Assembly (NCBI RefSeq): GCF_006345805.1
Contig: NC_043013.1
Location: forward strand, 12,090,001-12,154,000
Source: Octopus sinensis
Lineage: Eukaryota
Reading direction: 5' to 3'
Length of the DNA: 64,000 bases
Shown: one piece after another, positions 55,409 to 64,000 of the stretch
How the letters are laid out: every line of letters begins with the position of its first letter
How positions within the stretch are numbered: position 1 is the stretch's first letter
Position numbers and translations under genes: made by a program
Notes under the pieces: generated by a model
The model's input: only the letters and a program-made list of their open reading frames with translations
Database searches by the model: none
What the model was told of the DNA's origin: nothing

Positions 55409-55800
55409 TCTCTATATATATAAAGCTGAAGTTGTCTGTGTATGGTAGGTTTGGTAGCCTTCAACTAACACTATCTCCTCCGAGACCCTGCGGTGCAAGT
55501 TGACCAAAATTGAGAGTATGATAGAAGAAGGCTTTCTTTTCCTTCCGTAGAAGAAAATATTCAAATCGGACTATGTTAACGCCAAAAATTATTTATATCA
55601 AAAAGGTGCTTTTTTTCTATGAAAATCTCTGTTTTTTACGAATTTTTGACTGCTGCGTCGCTAATGTTTTTGGTGTATTTCAAACAGAAAAATGTTCACT
55701 TAAAGAGAATAACAAGCTACATAATGCAAATTTTTTACTTTTCAAAATTCCAATTCTAAAGGGTCGAAACAAACCCTAGCAACGCCGGGCGATACAGCTA
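55409..55800 (+). mobile_element. Non-autonomous Helitron (second family)
   Basis: A|TCTCTATATATATAAAG start; the 3' end GCAACGCCGGGCGATACAGCTA resembles 13745-13766; terminal G missing. Confidence 0.65.
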
Positions 55801-55805
55801 TATAT

Positions 55806-55876
<71 letters not shown>

Positions 55877-56227
55877 AAAAACAAGTCAAATAGAAAAAAT
55901 GCTAAAATGATTTTATAAAGAACATTTCAGTACCGGTTTCGGTCATTTTGAGACCTTTTGAACTGTAACGATTAAATAATTAAATTTAGAAAAATTAAAA
56001 GAAAAGTTTTTTTTAAAGGAATATTTGTATAGTGTTCAAATATAAGTGGCATTCTGCCTTTCTCTGTCTCCCTTGTTTGCACTTGTGTGTTCGAGGCCGT
56101 TGTCACAACGGCCTCGAACACACAAGTGCAAAATCGTTACAGTTGAAAAGGTCTCAAAATGACCGAAACCGGTACTGAAATGTTCTTTATAAATTTATTT
56201 TAGCATTTTCTATTTTGACTTGTTTTT
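55877..56227. mobile_element. ~350-bp element with ~95-bp terminal inverted arms, each containing a hammerhead motif, and an internal 57-bp palindrome
   Basis: Arm 55877-55973 is the reverse complement of 56132-56227 with a few differences; perfect 28-bp arms at 56076-56103 and 56105-56132. Confidence 0.85.
56135..56182 (+). ncRNA. Putative minimal type-I hammerhead ribozyme, U3-A8 core variant
   Basis: Helix I CGTTACAG/CTGAAATG (one A.A, one G.U); core UUGAAAA at 56143-56149; helix II GGTC/GACC; GAAA; palindromic helix III ACCGGT; predicted GUA cleavage after 56174. Activity untested. Confidence 0.75.
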
Positions 56228-56266
56228 TTCATATATATCAACTCGTGTATTCCTTTTCACCCTTAT

Positions 56267-56359
<93 letters not shown>

Positions 56360-56364
<5 letters not shown>

Positions 56365-56520
56365 GTTATAGAGAACAAAAGACAAAAACAGGTGTGGGAA
56401 CAACAAGTAGGTGTATTTGTTTGAGGCTCGGGAATAATAGGGAAATCTTTGATGTTTCCAGCCAATGAAGAACGAATGCAAACGGAGAGATTAAAAATAT
56501 TCAGGGATGAAAGACTAAAC
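56360..56520 (-). mobile_element. Family F, degraded copy
   Basis: Similar to 59800-59910 (AACAAAAGA...GTGTATT.GTTTGA.GCTCGGGAA); adjacent to (TA)n. Confidence 0.55.
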
Positions 56521-56960
56521 ATGATGAAAATATATATAACGTACATAATGTTTGTATTATTAAACGCTTCTAAATGACTGCATTTAAATACGTATTGTCT
56601 TGAAAAATACAACATAACTCAAAGCTAGGCGGAACAAAATTGACCAGTTTCTTGCTATTCATGGATGTCGTGTACTTGCACTACTTTCGAAACGAATACG
56701 AAATAGACAGCTACAAATACATATATAAATTTTATATATACGTAAGGCGATAATTCGAACAATTTCGCCTACTTTGAATTATGGTGTGTGTCTTTTATTT
56801 TTTAACATTATATGTGCTTAAAGAGACATCCTTTAGACAAAATACCTAGACAATATAATATGTGATATTGTTAATATTATTGAGCCATTGTTACCACAAA
56901 CTTTTAATAACTTTGTTCTGCGTGCATGGTACTGGTGCACACAGAATATATATACATAGC

Positions 56961-57012
<52 letters not shown>

Positions 57013-57181
57013 GATGTATATAAACAGAGTTGTCTTTTTTAGAAGCGTTGAGATGTATTGAAGTATACAGATATGGAAATATTTTTACTCTCAAGGCATA
57101 TTATTATTATTATGCGTTTGAGAGTAAAATATTTCAATATTTGTATATATACATGTGTGTTTTTGTGTGTGTGTGTGTGTG

Positions 57182-57399
57182 TACAAGCGGTGCCGGAAAG
57201 TTCCTCTCATTAAAGTTATCTCGAATGGCCTGGCTGTAGGCACGATCTTCGATGTCTTTTACAGAGATTAGAAAAACTGAAGAGTCGTTGCACTAAGTGT
57301 GTAAACCTAAGAGGGGAATATGTTGAATGAAACCATATTTTGTTGGTTCTTCTGTATTTTTTTTTACCCACAGCCAAGAACTTTTCAATACCACTCGTA
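57182..57399 (+). mobile_element. Mariner deletion derivative (MITE-like)
   Basis: Encodes the transposase C-terminus LEKLKSRCTKCVNLRGEYVE*; imperfect TIRs TACAAGCGGTGCCGGAAAGTTC / TACGAGTGGTATTGAAAAGTTC. Confidence 0.8.
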
Positions 57400-57816
57400 T
57401 GTATATGCATACACACATACATGCATACATACATACATACATTCATATATATGTGTGTGTGTATATATATATGTATGTATATATATATATATATACATAT
57501 TTATAAATATATATTTATATATATTCATATATTATATATGCGTGTATATATATATATACATACATACATATGTAAATATTTATATATATACATATATATA
57601 TAGTTATATGTACGTATATATATATGTGTATATACGTATATATATATATACATATATACATACGTATATATATATATATATATATATACCTATATATATA
57701 TACACACGCATAAATATATTTGTATTCGTATCTGTGTGTCCTATTTAATTTTTTTTTATATTTGAACGTATAAAAAATTACTAATTGTACGTACATATTT
57801 GTGTAAGAATAGTGTG

Positions 57817-57869
<53 letters not shown>

Positions 57870-57959
57870 ATATGTATGTATGTATTATGCATGTATGTAT
57901 GTTTGTATGTATGACTAATAGAGCAGACGGCATATAGAAGTCAAGAATCTCTATTGATC

Positions 57960-59080
57960 ACTACTGGTTTAGTTTTATCCGTCGGTATAGTCGTGTCTCC
58001 TCAGGGGATTTTAATCTGGCTGGTATATTTATAGTAGTTATATAGTCATAAATGCGGACATAAATAATAACATACTAGAAGTGTACTTGTTGAATGACTA
58101 ATGGAACAGCCGACTGTGCATAGAAAGCCCTAATGCCAGTGTTAGGTTCACCAGTGTAGATAGGTGTAAGTTTTTTACATTTTCATCTCACGGTGAACGA
58201 TACATTTTGAGACACCGAAATTGGTATTTTTCTCACTTTAAACAGTATACAAGAGCGAAGGTGTATCGAAGTAATGTTGGTATCTAGTGTGACATTGTGT
58301 TTTTAAGAATGGTATGATTGCAGTTATTGATCCATACATTTAGGTAAAGTGTGGTTATCGATTTAGCCAAATGTGTTGTGCGAAAGTGCATTTTGTAGCA
58401 CGCAAGCATTTTGATAACCTTGCAGAAATCCTATTAATGAGCTTTTCATTGGTTCATAAAATGGACGGCGAATTCTCAGAGTACAGTCTGCATCTCCATG
58501 AAGGACATTGTACGGTTGTGCATAACTTATTGTGGACCAACTGAAATCATATTTAATTTATGTTACACAAAATCAGCCAAAGATATCGAGTGCCTCTTGT
58601 TAATTTTATTGAACCACAGTGTTTTCATATCTCTCCTTGAACGAATCCGCGGTTACATCAATATAAATATAGGGTCATCCCCTTGTGTGTACGGTGTACT
58701 TATATAAAAACATTGGTACTCATACAGATGTTCATCAATGGGCATTTTTCCTCTGCATAGGATTTAGTTGCATTTCTGGCTCTGTTGATATGATCTTCCG
58801 ACACCGTTACCGTGTTGTCACTATCTCTATTTTTGTTATCATCCAGATGTGGACCCTGCTTGTGCTTTTCATTCTGGTTAGAACTGCTTTTCTTGACCTT
58901 TTACTGTCTATATTTGCCATCGTTTCCTGTTCTTCGGGCGGGACGTAGCTACTTCGTCATAGGCTTGGGGCCCTGTCGGTGAGTTATTCAACGAGTGGTT
59001 CATTTTTCTGCTATTAAAGAGGGTTGTATGTTGTTCTAAGTTAGTGGAGTTTATTTATGACACCTCCAAAATGTGTCTTT
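57960..59080 (-). mobile_element. Decayed Neptune-like PLE: linker Cys motif, GIY-YIG and 3' UTR
   Basis: Frameshifted minus reading CN*..CPLMNICMSTNVF/YKYTV...YIDVTADSFKERYEN, then YDFSWSTISYAQPYN...CRLYSE...LINRIS.RLSKC. Confidence 0.7.
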
Positions 59081-59403
59081 TAAAGATAATATCATACTTA
59101 CTTGATAATCTTGAAACCTCCTCTGGAGTAACATCAACACGGATACATAAACCTAAAACAGTTGTTTAGAATCCCACTCAGGAGGGAGCGAAGCTAGAGG
59201 AGTCGAAACAATTGAAGTCATCCATAAAGATTCTCGTATCTTCCATATTCCTTTTCTTTCATTTATCAAATACTCAACAAACACCAAGCCAATTAATTTG
59301 CTTCACTGGCAAATTACCAAGTGCATACCATATTGTTTTTTAACTGTACATATACATACATACATACATACATACATACATACATACATACATACACATA
59401 TAC

Positions 59404-59450
<47 letters not shown>

Positions 59451-59474
59451 TTTATTTAAAGCAGCAGAAAATTC

Positions 59475-59528
59475 AACAAAATCTGTTACTCTGAGTTTCT
59501 CGTTGCCGTTCATCAGACAGTTTTTGCT
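59475..59528 (-). ncRNA. Mirror-image hammerhead motif on the minus strand
   Basis: Reverse complement of the plus-strand motif, a consequence of the palindrome; core identical. Confidence 0.65.
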
Positions 59529-59582
59529 AGCAAGAACTGTCTGATGAACGGCAACGAGAAACTCAGAGTAACAGATTTTGTT
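59529..59582 (+). ncRNA. Putative minimal type-I hammerhead ribozyme
   Basis: CUGAUGA at 59541-59547; reduced helix II CG-GCAA-CG closed by A.A; GAAA at 59558-59561; helix III ACU-CAG-AGU; predicted GUA cleavage after 59570; 12-position helix I with one A.A. Activity untested. Confidence 0.7.
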
Positions 59583-59677
59583 GAATTTTCTGCTGCTTTA
59601 AATAAAGCATATTACTCTACCACTGGTATTTGAGTACTCTTTTTTCCACTTTGTTTCACATTTATGTGTTTACTCCG

Positions 59678-59720
<43 letters not shown>

Positions 59721-59799
59721 TATATATATATATATATATATTCATATATACGTATGTATGCCCATGTGTATGAATATGTATCTATCTTCCTCTATAGCT

Positions 59800-59990
59800 C
59801 AAATTTATAGAAAAACAAAAGAAGCCAGATGTAGGGACAATAAGCAAGTGTATTAGTTTGACGCTCGGGAACATGGAAAAGTCTTTTACGTTTCGAGCCT
59901 ACGCTCTTCGACAGAAAAGAACAAGAGGAAATAAATAGAGAAGGAAAAGAAAAAGTGCAGGGTTCAGCGATCCAACATGACGAATCTATC
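59800..59990 (-). mobile_element. Family F element with a hammerhead-like motif
   Basis: Reverse complement contains TCTGTCGAAGAGCGTAGGCTCGAAACGTAAAAGAC. Confidence 0.6.
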
Positions 59991-60959
59991 TCTAAATATT
60001 GGAATAGTAGAAGGAGTGGGAAGAAAACAAGGCGGATTTTACCAGTAATAAATTACCAGATAATTACTATATGAATACTCTAATCTGGGGTATACTCAAC
60101 CACATGCACACTAATTTAATGAGCTCGAATTTCATTCAGCTTGTTGAATAACTATACATACATCACAAGAATCGACGAAGATCCATTAGTATGGGCATAT
60201 ACGTATACGCATTTGTATGTGTGTGATCATGTGTATGTGCATGTCAGAGTGTGTGTATATAGGTATATATGCATTTTGGCATCCAAGCAGATCGCCATGC
60301 ATATGCATATATATATGTCTATATGTAATCCTCTACTCACTTTCCCCTCCTCTCTCTCTCTCTCTCTCTCTCTCTATTTTAATCTCTTTACGTGTGTATG
60401 TGTGTGTGTGTGTGTCTATGTCAGCACGTGCGTGTGTGTGTGATTTAGTGAGTCACAACTAAAGTGTGTATCAGATTGTGACTGAGGTGTGCATGTATGT
60501 TTGTGTAAGAATATGCATGTATCAATATGCTTGCTCGTGTGTGTATGTGTGTGTGTGACTCTGTGCGTGTGTGCATGTGTGCGTGTGTGAGACTCTCTCT
60601 GTGTGCGTGTGTGTGTTACTAAAGGAATATTCTGATTCGCTGGTTCGTATTTTATTTCTTTTTATTAATATTTCAAATTATTTTTTTTACATTTTCTTCC
60701 TTTTAAATAATATTCAATAAATCTCTAAAAGGAGAAAAACAATAAAAAAAAGAAACAATGCGAAAAACATAAGAAAAACAACATCAATAAACCAGTCTAT
60801 AGCAACAATACAGTTTTGTTATATACCCCCGCCATCCTTACAATCCCCCAGTCTTCTCTTGCCTTTGTTCCTCTCTTTATCTCCCTCTCTCTCTCCCTCT
60901 CTTTCTTGATAGATATACATACACGCGCACGCACAAATAGAAACGCACAAACACACACA

Positions 60960-61120
60960 CAAACCATCATATACATACTTCTATATAAAAACAACTACAA
61001 TATATATTTATATATGTACATAAACATATATATTTATATATATATATACATGTACACACACACACCCATGTATGTATGCATGAATGTACATATATATATG
61101 TATATATGTATATATATATG

Positions 61121-61188
<68 letters not shown>

Positions 61189-61261
61189 CATATATACATA
61201 TACATATATATATATTTATAGATATGAATTTATATAATGTATATAAGAATCTGAGTATGTG

Positions 61262-61299
<38 letters not shown>

Positions 61300-61336
61300 G
61301 CGTGTGTATATGCATATATATGGATATATGTATGTA

Positions 61337-61378
<42 letters not shown>

Positions 61379-61434
61379 TATATATATGCAAACATATACA
61401 CACACACATACATACGCATACACACACACATGCA

Positions 61435-61469
<35 letters not shown>

Positions 61470-61825
61470 TTTCTTTCTCACTGTTATTTATCTCGGCCAG
61501 AAACACTACACACTTCTATTTTATTTACCGTCATATTTTTGTTTATACTTGGTTTTTATTTTCTTTTTTTGTTACATACTTTTTGAATCATTTTTGCCTC
61601 TTCCTTTTTATATTTTTTATTAGCTATTTCATTATTTTTCAGCACTTTTGCACACCGTTCCGTTCTATTTTAGTTAGATAACATTCAATCCGCGCGTTTT
61701 CACTGTTTATCTCCGATATAGAGTATATATTATTGTATTCATTACGGCGTTCATTTAATCGACTTTCATGTTGTCTACGCCTGAGCGTATGTCACTGTAT
61801 CTAAATCACTTTTAACTGCATTCTC

Positions 61826-61865
<40 letters not shown>

Positions 61866-62065
61866 ACGCGCCTGCATATGTTTGCGTGTGCTTGCGTGTG
61901 TGTGTGTGTGTGTGCATATGTTAGTGAGTGTATGTAGCCAAGCAGTTAACTAGGAAGTTAGATAGGTAAGTAGGTAGGTAGGCAGGTATGTATATATATA
62001 TATATAATATATATATATATACCTGCATCTTTTGTATGTAAGCATGAGGGTATATAACTATGTAT

Positions 62066-62121
<56 letters not shown>

Positions 62122-62600
62122 TAAACATACACATGTTTATACATATATATATTACGTATAAAATATACATATACTACTACATGCGTTTGTTTATGCCTGT
62201 ATATATACATACATACATATATAAATATATGTATATATATAAACATAGATATATGTGTGCGTGTGCCTCTGTGTGTGTGTATATATATATATATATGCTT
62301 ATGCATATCAACATTCCTACGCATTTAGCGCGTATATTTATACGCATGAGAGTATGTATATGTATGCATATACATATATGTATGTATGTATGTATGTATC
62401 TATGTATTGCTGCTTGAAGCTCGTGCGGGCAAAACACATACACATATACATTCCTATGTATAAATCCTCATTATATACATATATACATATATACATATAT
62501 GTATGCGTACGTGTGCATGTGTTTGTGTGTGTAGATGTATATGTGAATATGTGTGTATGTATACTTGTATGTATTTATTATATATATATGTATACTATAC
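60960..62600. repeat. (TA)n/(CA)n/(TG)n arrays
   Basis: Seen directly. Confidence 0.9.
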
Positions 62601-63729
62601 TATACTTAATTATTTATAGAACTTTCTCAGAACTTCGAAAAGACGTATTAAGATGTTGCTTGTGAGGTTCTTGTCTCTATACTTACTACATACATTGTTC
62701 TGATGCAGTTTAAGTTTTCTAATCTAATATATTTTCCAACAGATCCATCCAGAAGTATTCTGGCTCTAACGTAGATTTACTGATGAAGCAAAGAGCTGGA
62801 AGCATATACTCTCTTACTAAAGTTGCCAAAATGAGCCTAAGTATAAAATTCCCCTACAAATAGAAACAAAATTTGACTCAATGTACGGTTTAAAGATCAT
62901 GAAAAATCGAAGTATATCGTTGAACCTACTAGTCAGAATGTAATTTTAGTTTATTCACGTCCCACTCACTCGAGACAAATCTCTCACAAAGGATGTAATG
63001 ACAAAATAAAAGTTTTTTCTGCAGATGAGTCTTAAAGCAAATTACATGTGGCATGTACATCACCTTCAAAGTAAACTGTACACAACATATTTACGCTTTC
63101 AGAAGTAGAAGGTCAACTTAACTCGGCCTGAATAAGTCGGTAAACGGAGGGAGAGGGGAAGTGATATTTCTGTAAGTTACACCACTGATGTCCGCGATTT
63201 AGTATATGCGGAAAAAAATATTTTAGCTTACAAGCAAAATCATTATGTAATATTCAGCAAAAGACCCGAAATTACTGTCATTTGTAGGCATTGGGATGAA
63301 TATTTATTAATCCATGAATTACCCTTTAATTTTATACTACTTACCTCACAGGGAAATGTTAACAAGCTGTAGGCAATTAAATGCTATGCAAATTTATGAC
63401 TCTTCTAGAAAACACATCACTCTTTTTTGCTTACACACACAACGAAAAGAATACTGGTCTATACTTCTGCGTCCACCGACAGTGCAACTGGAATGTATCG
63501 TCTGCCCAAAGCTAACATTGACAAACTGAGATTGCGGCTTGTTTTAGTTTGCCCAATTTTGAGCCAAGTTTATGTGACCATGATAGTTTTCAATGAATGC
63601 TATCACAAAAATTAGATATTTTGGGTAGGGAAGAAATGAAACATCAGTTTCTATGATGCTGTCATTTGTACAATCAAGAAACACTAAACAAATGCACATA
63701 GAACACCCATTTATATATATATATATATA

Positions 63730-63945
63730 TATTTCTTTTTCTTTTACTTGTCATTTGACTACGGCCACGCTGCAGCACCGCCTTTTTAGTCAAGCAAATC
63801 GACCCCAGGACTTATAAGTCTAGTATTCTATCGGTCTCTTCATGCCGAACCGTTAAGTTACGGGGACGTAAACACACCAGCATCGGTTGTCAAGCGATGT
63901 TGGAGACACAAGCACAGACACACAAACATATACACACATACATAT
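63730..63945 (-). mobile_element. SINE-B 3' half (rest beyond the TA tract or window end)
   Basis: Collinear with 2717-2930. Confidence 0.85.
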
Positions 63946-63956
63946 ATATATAAATA

Positions 63957-64000
<44 letters not shown>

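Larger units (their letters stand above)
59450..59680. mobile_element. (TA)n-embedded element: 158-bp palindrome plus a 73-bp unique tail
   Basis: 59450-59607 is self-complementary about 59528/59529 with one mismatch (T59523/G59534); TA tracts on both sides. Confidence 0.9.

Noticed and set aside
58764-58766. TAA at the expected second Cys of the C-N-C motif, suggesting an ancestral UGA selenocysteine codon (selenoprotein PLEs are known in the Naiad clade)
   Set aside because: This copy is Neptune-like, heavily decayed, with other stops at non-Cys sites and no complete SECIS. One codon is not evidence. A family consensus with TGA here would revive the idea.
59175-59220. CTCAGGA...GTCGAAACAATTGA motif
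   Set aside because: Mismatches at G5 and U16.1, and no helix I.
62780-62806. CTGATGA-AGC-AAAGA-GCT-GGAAGC hammerhead look-alike
   Set aside because: GAAA is GGAA, and helices I and III do not form.
63345-63404. 60-nt minus-strand segment with good acceptor and GAG|GTAAGT donor
   Set aside because: Stop codons in all three frames; cannot be a coding exon, and nothing supports a non-coding one.

Overview
This is a gene-poor, very repeat-dense eukaryotic window. Its SINE families and extreme AT/AAT/ATC microsatellite load suggest an octopus (coleoid) genome, but that assignment is an inference from repeat composition. I could not support any host protein-coding gene; nearly all long ORFs are microsatellite translation artefacts or transposon remnants. 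Recognisable content: a 2.8-kb R4/Dong-like REL-endonuclease LINE (33686-36525, minus) plus about 11 smaller Dong-like fragments, mostly in or beside (TAA)n arrays; a ~570-bp non-coding element (here NA570) that occupies the same (TAA)n targets in the same orientation; three decayed Penelope-like element (PLE) fragments; two mariner remnants; two non-autonomous Helitrons; and many tRNA-headed SINEs. Family labels (SINE-A to -D, family F, NA570) are my own working names. The most interesting signal is a set of small non-coding elements inside (TA)n tracts that carry minimal type-I hammerhead ribozyme (HHR) motifs in inverted-repeat arrangements. One is a 158-bp palindrome with an HHR on each strand (59450-59607). 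Another is an HHR with a compensatory U3-A8 core (56135-56182) facing an inverted twin with a G5C core change. Several decayed HHR-like motifs from other families also occur.
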